DNA from: Ylistrum balloti
Lineage: Eukaryota
Length of the DNA: 64,000 bases
NCBI RefSeq assembly: GCF_031769215.1
Contig: NW_026782949.1
Span: 1 to 64,000, forward strand
Reading direction: 5' to 3'
The translations under genes were made by a program, and so were the position numbers. Positions 24,041-37,089 of the stretch are shown here, one piece after another. Position 1 is the first letter of the stretch; the number at the start of each line of letters is the position of its first letter. The notes beneath the pieces were generated by a model, which saw nothing but the letters and a program-made list of their open reading frames with translations, was not told the origin of the DNA and did not search any database.

Positions 24041-27000
24041 AGTTGGTAAGAAAACAAAGTAGTCAAATTCTTGATTTATTCGGTTAATTTCTTTTAAATG
24101 ACACTAGGAAATTGACAAAATTTATAAATTTTGCAATGGAGAGAAATGTTCAACGTCGCTGGATGATTGTTGAGAAAGCCTCCACTACTTGGATGATGTT
24201 GCTGCTGCTACTGAGAGGATTTCTCTACTTTCGAATTCAATAATCCTGGTATTTTTAAAACTGACATTTCTGTAAGATTGCCACGATATTTTGTTTGCTT
24301 GCGTATATCAACGAAACATTAGCTATATCGGATGAATAGGTATAATTTCTCTCATTCTTCTCGGCTATGTTGATGTTAAATTCTTGTTTTTTTTTTTCTA
24401 TTTGCAGTATTCAATCATTTTCAAACAAGAACAAGGTAAGTTATTTCATCATGGAAACCAGCATTATCTCTAATATCTTATTGCGGTAAATAAACACGAC
24501 AAAATATTTAATCTTAATAATTGTAACAGAGGTCATTATTTATTTAAACACATCAATTAGGATTCAAAACCGAGACCTCAGGCTTCCTAGCCTGATGCTC
24601 AACCCATCAACTAAAGAGAAGCTCTCTCTAGCCTAGTGGTATATTGCGACCAGAATTTACCAGGGTTAAATACTCCCCAACTAGGAAATAACTTGTCCTC
24701 AAGTGTCCAGGGGTTACAGTGGAAATATTCCTGGGTTCCTACATGGGCACCAGTGTAACAGAGGTCATTATAAATTTGAATGCTTCTGCTAGGAATTGAA
24801 CTGGAACCTCAGACTAGCTAGTCTGATGCTCAACCAATCAAGCTAAAGAAAAGTTCTCTCTAACCTAGTGGTATATTGCAGCTATTACATAATTATTTAA
24901 CCTAAAGTTAATATATTGTTGTTAATGTGTCCCCTAACAATATATATCTCATAATGTTTTGTTTTTCATAGTTTATCCCTGCCGCCCAAGATGCTAATCA
25001 CTTAGTCACATTCAGTTGGACCCTTGTATACACACATGATGAAGCATTTCAGTGAACAGGACCTATTTGTAGCTATGTCCACATGATGCTATCTGCCATT
25101 GGCGCAAAGCTTTACTGGGAATTCCACGTTTGTGTTACAATATCGTGACTGATAGGATGTGTAAATATTTTTTAAAATTTTTGGCTCGTTCTTTCCACGT
25201 CAATATCACTCTCGGTATAAGTCACTATTAAAATCTACGTTTTACTGCATACATCAGTTCATCTACATTATTTGTTGATCTTGTGACTTGGTAAATACCA
25301 GCCATGATATATGGCTTGGCGAGAAATGTGTGGAGCATTATACTAGAAATCCAGTGGCTCTGAGTACGAATCCAAGCGGAGGGATTGAGATAAATAATGA
25401 CCTCTATTACAACCTAAAGGTTTCTCAGCCAATATCATATATCTGATTGAATTATTTCTATTTATTTATCATTAATTATTTTTGTGAAAGAACACAGGAA
25501 TAAACTCATTCCTGGCAAGTGTTCAGACAGGAATCAAACCCACGTCCCATGGTTTTCCATAATTTTGTTAGTAGTAGGCTGTGTAGTGAAAGTAGGAGGC
25601 TGGCCTGCCGTGTACGTGTAGTTGTGTACGGAACATTATTACGGAACTGGATTGGTGTAGGCGGCCAAATGATCAAAGTAGCCGGTCAAATTGGCCGGCG
25701 ACCAGCTCTTATGGAAAACCCTGCACGACCCCTGTATGATAATATGATATTACCGGTATACAGTTCTACCAATTGTAAGCCAAAGAGGCATATTCTGTCA
25801 TCAGAGTAACAAAATTTAACACCATGAAAAGGTCTCACTGAATTACTTCTTTTACACTACACCCGTTTTTCTTGAGATTTTCCATATTTTATCACAGTTT
25901 TGGCTTTCTAAGTCCACAACTTGTGGGATTTAGTAGGATGCCATTGTGAAAGAAAAACATATATCCATTTCTTGACCAGTGCCCTACAGGAATCAATTCA
26001 CGTCCAAGCCAGAGAAGCACAACTCACCTTTGTTGATCATTAGCAAATAAAACCAGGCATGAAATAGTGGTGCATCAATCTTATCCCTGATTCTGTTGAT
26101 GACTTCAGTCATCCAAATTTTTGTACTTTGATAGAAGATAATGGAACATATATGCACTAATTGTTAACAATTCATTGAATTACTGAACTGGTAAGAAAAT
26201 AATTTTTAGTACATTTCTCATCTTTCAGTTCAAGAAGACAATACGAAATTGTCATATATGTATATACAAAATGTTTATGGTCCATGTATAATTAAGCATA
26301 AATCTAAGGCAAGAGCTGATTTTATCTTGTCTTAAAAGCAGGTTTACCACTTAAGCTTGATAGTGTAAATGTATTTTCTGTTTTTTAACCTTCACAAAGA
26401 AAATGTAGTTGTTTTAAAAAATCTTCATCAGTTTATAATTGGTTATCTGCGTCCGTCAACACCTATTGCACCTGCTTCCTTACTGTGCGTAATTCTTTGT
26501 TCCTAGAGGCTATCCCAGAGAAACATCTACATGTACTTCACTGAAAAAAATTATCAGTTGATGTTTTACATAAGCAGTCCTAACAGACATATAAGAGATT
26601 TGATGTTTAGAACTCTTTCCAAAGTCCTGTATTTGAATTTAATATGATGTTTTAAACATACTTGCAGCTCATGAAGACAGCATATGGAGTTGTTCCTGGA
26701 GACAGAATGAGAGAGACAGAACAGAGAATATTGTTACTGGAGGCATTGATGATATGGTCAAGATTTGGAGATGGTTTGTAAACACTCATTCTGCAAACAA
26801 TAGAACAACTTTCCAGGCAGTCTGATCAATTTACATATCTATGAAATTATAAATCTATGAAAACATTTTAAATCTTGATTAACGAAATGACTACAAGAGT
26901 CCTGGTGTGTTGTTCAGAATATCAAGAGATGAGCTGTATGTAAACTTTTCCGGAATTTTAATGACATAGATCAAGTGTATTCAAACTTTGAAGTCAGATT

Positions 27001-30000
27001 AAATTGCTTTTGACAGTCTACCAGATGTAATACTTGTAATACTGGATGTCTAACTCGAATTATTTGGCATAGTGCGTCTCATTAGAAATGTGTTTGTGTT
27101 ACAATGAAGTATTCCTAGTTCTGTTGATATGGCTTTCATTGTACATTTAAAACTTGTGTTTGAGATCGCTGTGTGTTTCACTGATTGATTGCCCTAATGA
27201 CCTTTTATGTGGTGATGGGCCGTTCAGAATGTAATAATAATAATAAAACTTGTGTTCTATAGGTCGGATGAGAAACTGGACCTGAAGCATGAGTTAGAAG
27301 GCCACCAGCTAGGAGTTGTCTCTGTAGATATGAACCAATCAGGCACATGTATCCTTGATCACTTTAATTTCTTTGACATCACAAGGCTTGCTTGCCAAAA
27401 TGGGGCTAAATAGAGTCAATTTTACAGTTATAGTAAAGATTCTGTTCTTTTTTATATACACATAACAGCATCTCAATATTTAAAAATCTTGTATCAATTT
27501 AACATATAAATATAAAACAAAACAAAAAAAATGTAAATCTGTCTCACTATATTTACCCATTGTCATGTTTAGTTTGAATACATATATGTATATATATTAA
27601 AAAAATATATATTAAAAAAACATAAAGGAAGCTTTATGACTCACTTTAACCTTGACCATGGTCAGTGGCCGCCTCCAGCAGTTTGGACAGCCATGTCAGA
27701 GTCTGGGATGTAGAGACGGGCAAGTGTATTAAGAGTATGGACGCCGGGCCAGGTATGGTAATAGATGTTCTACCAATTGCAGGAGCATTTTGTTATAAGT
27801 CCAAGGGACTATAGGGTTTGTTGTCATCCATATGTGTGTCTGCATGTCCAGATGGTTTCCAGATGATAATTTGAGTAAGGGATGGCAGATTAGGCTGAAA
27901 TTTGAAAGTTGTAGTTTAGTTTAGGAGACCTAGTGTTTGATTGTGTTTGTGATCAAAAGTCAACTATAGAAGTCACTGTTGCTAAAAATAAGATTTTTTG
28001 TTTCCAGATAACTTGCTTCATAAATGCTGATTATAGCATGGCAGCAGATTGTGTTGTTTGCAACACAAACTGTCAGCTTGTTATGATTCAAGATTTACTC
28101 TTTATTTACCGTGTTTGAAAACACATTTCTGTTTAAGCATACCATGATTCTTCGGTAAGCCCAAGGCTATCATAAACTCCAAGTAATAGGCATTTTGCAG
28201 GACTATGAAAAAATATCTGTTGGCAATGCTATTGACCAATATTAACTAATGACAGACACATAATCAGGTATAGGTTAATTGCAGGATATACAGGGAAAAT
28301 TGTGATGGAAACTGATTTTTTTTTCATGAGTAGAAATTTGTCAACAGATATAATTTAAAAATTGGATTGTATGTTCACAGTTGATGCCTGGACACTGGCA
28401 TTCTCTCCAAACTCCCAGTTTCTGGCATCAGGAAGTCACAGTGGGAAGATAAACATGTTTGGTGTGGACACAGGGAGAAAGGAACAGTCCCTGGACACCA
28501 GGGGGAAGTTTACCCTTAGTCTCGCATTTGTAAGTTCATAAATATCACCTGTCAATATAGACCTACTATACATAACATACCTGTCTATAGAGTCCACCCC
28601 TATATCAATAACCTGTCTTTAGAGGCCACCCCTGTATAAAACAAATATGTGCCATAAAAGGCCACCTTTAGATAACAATACCTGTATATAATGATCACTG
28701 CTATACCATAAATACCTCACTTTAAAGATAACCTCTATAAGAATTTATTTCTCTGAAAAGGCAACTGATTCTTGGGTCCAGTGTTTTTTATGCAGAGTGA
28801 GTTAACCTCTGCATAAAGGCCACTTGTTGTTGTTCCTTTGTATGGCCTTAATAAACAGGTTTTAATTTAAACATGATATATATTTCCAGTCTGTTGAATG
28901 TCTTTTGAATAATTTGTGTTGCATATGCAAATATGATTATATCATTTATCTTGTATCCGTCTCTAGAGTCCCGATGGTCGACATATTGCATGTGGAGCTA
29001 TTGACGGGATCATCAATGTGTTTGATATAGAATCTGGCAAGCTTATACACACACTGGAAGGTAAACAGAAAATCAGTTATACTCTGTAGTTGTGCAGCCC
29101 AGGTAAATATACTTCTCCTTAGCTTGATCAGTTGAGTGCAAGACGAACCAGAGGTCCCTGGCTTGAATCCTACCAATGATAATGGTTATTTGCTATGCCT
29201 CCTCTAGAATTTGAACCTGGAACCCCTGGCATTCAACTGATCCAGCTAAAGAGAAGTTCTCTCTAGCAGCTGGTATTTTATCCAGGGTTACATTTACAGA
29301 ATCAATTACTTGTATGGTTTAGCTGTTGGTATCCTGTGTTATTTTGTGTCTTTTGAAAATTATGAGAAGCAGTAAAATGATTTACTTAATCTACTACTAT
29401 TACTGTGTTTAACAGAGACTTGTCCCTGAACACAAGGGTTGTAATAGCCCAGTCAGTCAGAGTATTGGTCTACCAAATAACATCAAGGCAAAGGTCTGAG
29501 GAGTGAGGTTTGACACTCCCTCCTCATGTCATAATCTTGAAAAATGACTGCTTTGTGCTGATTTGGTTGTATCCTTTGTCAAGACACTTTGCTCTAATTG
29601 CTTTTTATCGCATGTGAAGGGCCTCCTGTATATTGTTCAGTGTGTTAAACACCAGTTACTAGGAGGAGACCTCAGAGCAATAAACCCAGCCAACAAACAA
29701 AATCCCCAATACTGATATGTATATCATTGGGTGGTCGGGTGATGCAATGGTAATGCACTTCCCTTTCACATAGCCATCCAGGGTTTTATTCCTGGAACGG
29801 AATTGAAAAGTAAGGGGTCATCTGCCCAACACCATGGGTTTTCTGCGGGTGGTCCGGTTTCCTCCCACAATAAGACCCCTCGCATGCTTACATCCGGGCC
29901 AACAAGAGTGATTAGTATAAGTTGAAATAACTTGTTTTGCAATTGTTGTAAAATAAATAAAGATTATACATCAATCTATTTACTGTTGGGATGGAGATTG

Positions 30001-33000
30001 TGCCAGGTCTCTGTACAGTGTTATTGTGTAATGTTCTGTATACTACTCCTCTATCTTGAAGTAAAGTGAAATGTGTATTTTGCAAAATTGAATCACAAAG
30101 TGTAATTCTGAAGAACACTTTGTGTATTATGTATACTGTGTCAAAGTCTTTTACATATTGTTCTGACAGGATATTGAATGCAGTTTACATTTCACTTTTC
30201 CAACAAAAAACGCAAATGTATGTTATGTCTGTGTATGTAACTAAGTGTTACACAGTATATCAGGAAGTAATACTACATTGATCTTAGCGTTAGATTAATG
30301 ATGATTAAATATGTTTATTAAGTGATTTTGTTGTCAAACTTTTGTAAAAATGATGAAAAATAGTGGCTGACATAAAAAATTTATTTTTCATATAGTTTAT
30401 ATAATACAACTTTGTATTTTTTAGGTCATGCTATGCCAATCCGTTCCCTGTGTTTCTCTCCTGACTCACAGCTCCTTGTTACTGGATCTGATGACAACCA
30501 GATCAAAATTTATGATGTGTGAGTGAAGATGTTATATTCTTACCCATCTAACAGAGTTTTCCATATAACTAAGGAGAAATGTTGATCCTAACCCCTAGGA
30601 CAAGTGCTTGTGATATTATATTGACATCGCCTTGATAATAATATGTTTTCATAAATACTTCTGTTGTGATAAATTGATGCCTTCATTTATCATGGCTTCC
30701 TCAATACTCCAGGGAGTTATGATCACTACATCCTCAATACTCCAGGGGTTATGATCACTACATCCTCAATACTCCATGGGGTTATGATCACTACATCCTC
30801 GATACTCCAGGGGTTATGATCACTACATCCTCGATACTCCAGGGGTTACAATCACTACAACCTCGATACTCCAGGGGTTATGATCACTGCATCCTCGATA
30901 CTCCAGGGGTTGTGATCACTACATCCTCGATACTCCAGGGGTTGTGATCACTACATCCTCGATACTCCAGGGGTTGTGATCACTACATCCTCGATACTCC
31001 AGGGGTTATGATCACTACATCCTCGATACTCCAGGGGTTATGATCACTTCATCCTCGATACTTCAGGGGTTATGATCATTACATCCTCAATACTTACGGG
31101 GCTACGATCACTACATCCTCGATACTCCAGGGGTTAGGGTCACTACATCCTCGATACTCCAGGGGTTACGATCACTACATCCTCGATACTCCAGGGGTTA
31201 CAATTACTTTCGCTCTCTGCACTCCTGGAACTTGTCATGCCAAAATTTAAGGCACAGTGATTTGGTTGGTTCCCAGAGAAAAACACTGACCAATCACAGG
31301 CCGATTCACTCCTATTGAAGATTACAAAGGAGGAAAACGGAACATCAAAGCCATTACAACACACCATTATTGGACATCAAGATTCGTCTGATGTACATCA
31401 AAGAATCAAACTAGTTTTCATCTCGTCCACAAGGTGTTTCACTTGGAAACTCCTGTTTTGTTACGACATGTTCCAGTAGTGGAGAGAGTAAAAGTGATTA
31501 TATAACTCCTGGATGTTACCTTGTTTATGTGTGTTGAGTTTATTGTAACACTCTAAATCTTACTCAGTGGATTGGCAGAGTGGAAAATAAAGCCCAGAAA
31601 TTAAATCAAAATAAGAAAATTTATTTACTAGCAATATTTTTAAAAAATCTTAGAATTCATTTTGACATTTTTGGCATCACATATTGGTAATTGGTTATAT
31701 CATCAAAACGTTTTAACTATTTTGAAATTGAAGACACCCAGTGAGTTCAATTGTACAGGTGACAACTAATAAGGAAGTTTCTCCTGCAGATACAGATTAG
31801 GGGGTGGGGTTGGGGTTGGGTGTTGTTTGGGGATCAGGGAATCTTAGTATTTGACCTCTTCATTTCTTTCTGACCTTCTATTTTTCTGGGCTTTGTTTCA
31901 CTCCTGGTGTCCTTGTTGGCACACAACCGTATATGACCAGCTGTTGTAAGGACATTAAACCCTATAAACCCAAACACATCCAATATGTATCATAGAATGA
32001 TTGAAAAATTCAAAACTAATGCTCAGCGATCAGTCTCCTTGAATAAAAGTCAACTAATGAAACATTATATTTTTTACCCACTTTATTATATAACTATCAG
32101 CATTTAAATTCCTTATTTGTTATGATATCATTATTATTATATTATTAATAGAATTTATTATGATATCCATACACTGTTCACAATCTAAGTTACAACAGTG
32201 AAGTTTCAATGAATTTTATTATTAATGATGAGATTAAACGCCGTATTACAATTGTTTGCTTTGATGAAGATGAGGGAGTGTAATCACTGAAATATTACAC
32301 ACGTTTCTAATTGAAAGACTTATTCACAAATACATACTTACCAACCTGAAGAATCTGTTTTGTGATGGCATGCTGATTGATTTATTTCAAATTTTATAGG
32401 CAGCATGCAAATTTAGCAGGAACATTATCCGGCCATGGCTCCTGGGTGTTGAGTGTTGATTTCTGTCCAGACAATACCCACTTTGTCTCTAGGTAAGTCT
32501 GTGACAAAAATGAGAGCTTTTATATAATTAGTCTATGTTGAATGTGTGTAATATCTTGTTCATGTGAGTGATTAGATGTGTTGTTACTATGCATGTAGGT
32601 GTATGTATTGTTACTATGTAAGTGAGTGTATGTATTGTTACTATGTACGTGAGTGTATGTATTGTTAGATGTATGTAAGTGAGTGTATGTATTGTTACTA
32701 TGTACGTGAGTGTATGTATTGTTACTATGTACGTGAGTGTATGTATTGTTACTATGCATGTGAGTAAGTTTTTGTGTTGTTGCTATGTATGTGAGTGAGA
32801 TTTTGTGTTGTTGTTATGCATGTGAGTGAGTTTTTGTGTTGTTGTTATGCATGCGAGTATGTATTGTTACTATGTATGAGAGTGTATGTATTGTTACTAT
32901 GTAAGTGAGTGTATGTATTGTTGCTATGTAAGTGAATGTATGTATTGTTATTATGTAAGTGAGTGTATGTATTGTTACTATGTATAAAGGTGAGTTTATG

Positions 33001-35155
33001 TATTGTTACTATGTATGTAAGTGAGTGTATGTATTGTTACTATATATGTAAGTGAGTGTATGTATTGTTACTATGTAAGTGAGTGTATGTATTGTTACTA
33101 TGTAGTGAGTGTATGTATTGTTACTATGTAGTGAGTGTATGTATTGTTACTATGTAAGTGAGTGTATGTATTGTTACTATGTATGTAATTGAGTGTATGT
33201 ATTGTTACTATGTATGTAAGTGAGTGTGTGTATTGTTACTATGTAAGTGAGTGTATGTATTGTTACTATGTATGTAAGTGAGTGTATGTATTGTTACTAT
33301 GTATGTAATTGAGTGTATGTATTGTTACTATGTAAGTGAGTGTATGTATTTTTACTATGTAGTGAGTGTATGTATTGTTACTATGTACGTGAGTGTATGT
33401 ATTGTTACTATGCATGTGAGTAAGTTTTTGTGTTGTTGCTATGTATGAGAGTGTATGTATTGTTACTATGTAAGTGAGTGTATGTATTGTTGCTATGTAA
33501 GTGAATGTATGTATTGTTATTATGTAAGTGAGTGTATGTATTGTTACTATGTATGTAAGTGAGTGTATGTATTGTTACTATATATGTAAGTGAGTGTATG
33601 TATTGTTACTATGTAAGTGAGTGTATGTATTGTTACTATGTAGTGAGTGTATGTATTGTTACTATGTAGTGAGTGTATGTATTGTTACTATATATGTAAG
33701 TGAGTGTATGTATTGTTACTAGTTAAGTGAGTGTATGTATTGTTACTATGTATGTAAGTGAGTGTGTGTATTGTTACTATGTAAGTGAGTGTATGTATTG
33801 TTACTATGTATGTAAGTGAGTGTATGTATTGTTACTATGTATGTAATTGAGTGTATGTATTGTTACTATGTAAGTGAGTGTATGTATTTTTACTATGTAG
33901 TGAGTGTATGTATTGTTACTATGTACGTGAGTGTATGTATTGTTACTATGCATGTGAGTAAGTTTTTGTGTTGTTGCTATGTATGTGAGTGTATGTATTG
34001 TTACTATGTATGTAAGTGAGTGTATGTATTGTTACTATGTATGTAAGTGAGTGTATGTATTGTTACTATGTATGTGAGTGTATGTATTGTTACTATGTAA
34101 GTGAGTGTATATATTGTTACTATGTATGTAAGTGAGTGTATGTATTGTTACTATGTATGTAAGTGAGTGTATGTATTGTTACTATGTAAGTGAGTGTATG
34201 TTTTGTAACTATGTATATGAGTGTGTATATCTATTATGTCTATACATGGGAGTTAGTATAAGTTTGTGTATGTCATGGCCAGTCAATACGTCATGTGATA
34301 CGTCAGTTCCTGTCTGTCGAGGTTAGTTTGCCGAAGTCTCATTGTGAGGATAAAGGTAGATCAAAGTGTCTTGAGAGCCTGTCCTATCTAGTTGTTCGTT
34401 GATACTTGTAGTTACAGGATCTGTCTTGTCTACTTTTCACTTTTGTAATACAGAAGTATAAAATACCTGGAAACACAGATTTTACTCAAATCAAAAATTA
34501 CTTAAATTATGTAGATGTCTAAAGGGGATTTGCTAGTTTCTGAGGTTAAGGTTCTTATTTAATTGAACAAGATGTACAGTCAGATTTAGTAATGTAGAGG
34601 TATATCTGTCCGTGTTTGATTTCACATAGAAACATAACACACTGTATTTTTGTATACTTACCTGCTGATGTATCTAAATACAGTAGCCAGTGTTCCTGAT
34701 AGCAAATTCTTTATGTCAAGTTTCTTTAGATTCTGTATATCACATCAAGCTTGTCCTGATTGGATGAAAGTCTGAATTTAATTTTTGTTTCACAGTTCGT
34801 CAGATAAGACTGTAAAGATCTGGAATGCAGGTTCCCGACAGTGTGTTCACACATTCTATGACCATTCAGATCAGGTAACCACCCTGCCTTGTGATGTAAC
34901 ATTCAACAAACATGAAGTGAGAATATTGCAAAATCAGATTTATAATCAGTCTAATGAAATGCTATTTTATCATGGCTGCTTACAAAAGTATCTGATGTGA
35001 GAAATAGAATCCTATATTTGTGTCCGTTTCATGCAAGATTTGTCTATGTTTTATAGGTGTGGGGAGCTAGGTACAACCATGATGGATCAAAGATTGTGTC
35101 GGTGTCAGACGATCGAGCGATACACGTGTATGACTCCCCTCTAATGTCAGGCTGA
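24028..35155 (+). CDS. WDR61: WD repeat protein 61 / SKI8 (SKI and PAF1 complex subunit), 11 exons, 310 aa, intact
   Basis: Exons 24028-24045, 24408-24435, 26668-26773, 27263-27348, 27666-27752, 28381-28529, 28967-29060, 30425-30518, 32400-32492, 34796-34874, 35057-35155 join in phase (933 nt). Peptides [49 protein letters not shown] and [17 protein letters not shown] match WDR61. Confidence 0.96.
25549..25723. mobile_element. hAT-derived MITE (~175 bp) in WDR61 intron 2
   Basis: Left ATGGTTTTCCATAA and right TTATGGAAAACCCTG (reverse complement CAGGGTTTTCCATAA). Flanks CACGTCCC and CACGACCC give a 7/8 match for an 8-bp TSD. Confidence 0.65.
27349..27665 (+). other. U12-type GT-AG intron (317 bp)
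   Basis: 5' site |GTATCCTT at 27349, branch-like CCTTGAC at 27650-27656 close to CAG|, and no polypyrimidine tract. The junction ACA T|TG GCC keeps the frame. Confidence 0.88.
29735..29920 (+). mobile_element. tRNA-headed SINE with V-domain-like core
   Basis: A-box-like TGATGCAATGG, B-box-like GGTTTTATTCC, and core GGGTTTTCTGCGGGTGGTCCGGTTTCCTCCCACA resembling the V-SINE domain. Confidence 0.5.
30700..31200. repeat. 32-bp minisatellite (~15 copies) in WDR61 intron 8
   Basis: Unit TACATCCTCGATACTCCAGGGGTTATGATCAC, period 32 (30792 to 30824). Confidence 0.95.
32560..34230. repeat. Variable 26-31-bp TG-rich minisatellite in WDR61 intron 9
   Basis: Core GTGAGTGTATGTATTGTTACTATGTA with +/- TGTA slippage variants. 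Confidence 0.95.
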
Positions 35156-37089
35156 TTCAGAAGACTGTCTTATTATATATGTTACAAACATTATGTGAAA
35201 TTATTTTTGTAGTAATCTTTTTCATTCTGTAATGGTTGTTTTTTTCCTTAATCCAAAATCCTGTAGTTAATATCTGCAAGGAAAATTTATGTATTTGTCA
35301 TGGAGATTATGTTAGGAACTAAAATTTTTGTAATATATTTAATTTTCAGGATTTCATATCTTTCTCAAAAATAGCAAAAGAAAATAAAAATGAAATCCTT
35401 TAAACATAACAACCATTACAATTAATACGTAAGTATCCTCCTTTGAAAATTTTGAAAGGATAAAAAAGTGCTCAGAGAAATTCTGTTTGTGGAAGATAGA
35501 TTACAAAAATTAAAGAATTTTCAATATCAGAAATGGTATATGTATATATATACAAGTCATTTCTTATAAAACATTTTGGAAAAAAAGTTCTATTTACCTA
35601 TAAGCTAAGAACCAACATTTGTAATGTACTGTGATATTGTTTTCGTTTTATTCGGATCAAACAAATTTAGTGATAAAATGTGAAAGGACTAAAATAAGCC
35701 ATACTTGGTTTTCAAATTTGTTTGTATGAAATAGGATTTCTTTCGGAATTTCACAGAATATTTGTGATTTCCATTATGTATAATAAACTTATTTTTGTAT
35801 GTATATACATGTATCAAAAGAAATTTTATGTAAGAATTGAAATTCTTAAATCCAGCCTGTTCTTAATTATAGTCGCAAAATCATCAGCAATCATATGTAT
35901 ATGTAATGAATGTGATATGTATGTGATTCAAAAGCAAATGTGTTGAAAATTAAAACAGGTTTATGATGGACAAGCAGATTTCTTACAAACCCTTGTACAA
36001 TGTACAGATACTTACCAGCTGGAGGAGACCTTAGTACTAGGTTTGTTTTTCCAAATTCCTAGTACTAATCCCCACAATATTTGGCCAGTTAATTTTATGT
36101 TATGTTTTGAATCTGCAATCACCAGATTTTTGAGTAACTTTTTGGATTTTGGAGTGTCATCTAAAATACATCATACAGGGTAAGAGTTATTGCCCTTTAG
36201 CAACTTGATCCTTGCATTCTAGCCTATATCCTAGTTTACTAGCAACAAGGCAGCATAGTGACTGTAGTGTGTCCTGTGTTTGTGCACTGGCTTGAATGAC
36301 ATGGGGAGGTGGGGGAAAGTGCAGGCCTGGAGAGATAATTTCCTCGCTTGAATGTAGTAGCTCACCATCTGTTCATATTTAAGAATATCATTCTTTGAAT
36401 GTTACTTCTAAGAATTTACAAATACTTTTGTACTTCTTGTATATAAATCTTTATTATGTCCTAAAAACTATGATGCTTAATGAAGTTATGAACATCATCT
36501 TGGTAGTGCTGAAAATATACAAGATGGAATATTTGGTTTAAATTAGGTTATATCTATCATATACTGAGAGAAACTGGTTAAAATTGACCTTTGACCTTTA
36601 TTGTATTTCTTAATGTTGATGAATATGAAGTCCAGATAACAGAATTGTGAATTTGTTTACGTGTATATACAGAAGGTTTTTGGAGTAAAAGAGTACATGT
36701 GGTGTGAGAGAAGTAAGAAGCGAATGTAAATTGTACAGATTATGTAAATAAAATAACCAAATGTGAACTTTTGATTTTGTTTTTAAATTAAAATAAGACT
36801 GGGCTTAACTGAAGCTGTTAAATCAAGGTGATCACAAGTTGAAAGTCTCTTCCGTCAGTGCTCAAACAAAAGATCCCAGAGAGATTTTGGCATCATCATT
36901 GTTTGATCTTTAATTGCTCTTTGTGAATTGGATTTTTAGTCTATTCAAATTGCCATGTCCATTGTCCGTCTGTAACCATTTCTCGTTGTCACTATTTCTT
37001 GAAAAGTAAGGGATGGATCTCTCGGAATCTGTAGTTGTGCCCATATAACTTGGAGACTGATCAGGAAAACAAAATGTCTGAAATGTGAC

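Noticed and set aside
32520-34326. ORFs 32520-32759, 33816-34019 and 34132-34326
   Set aside because: These are translations of the minisatellite with repetitive peptides, inside a WDR61 intron.
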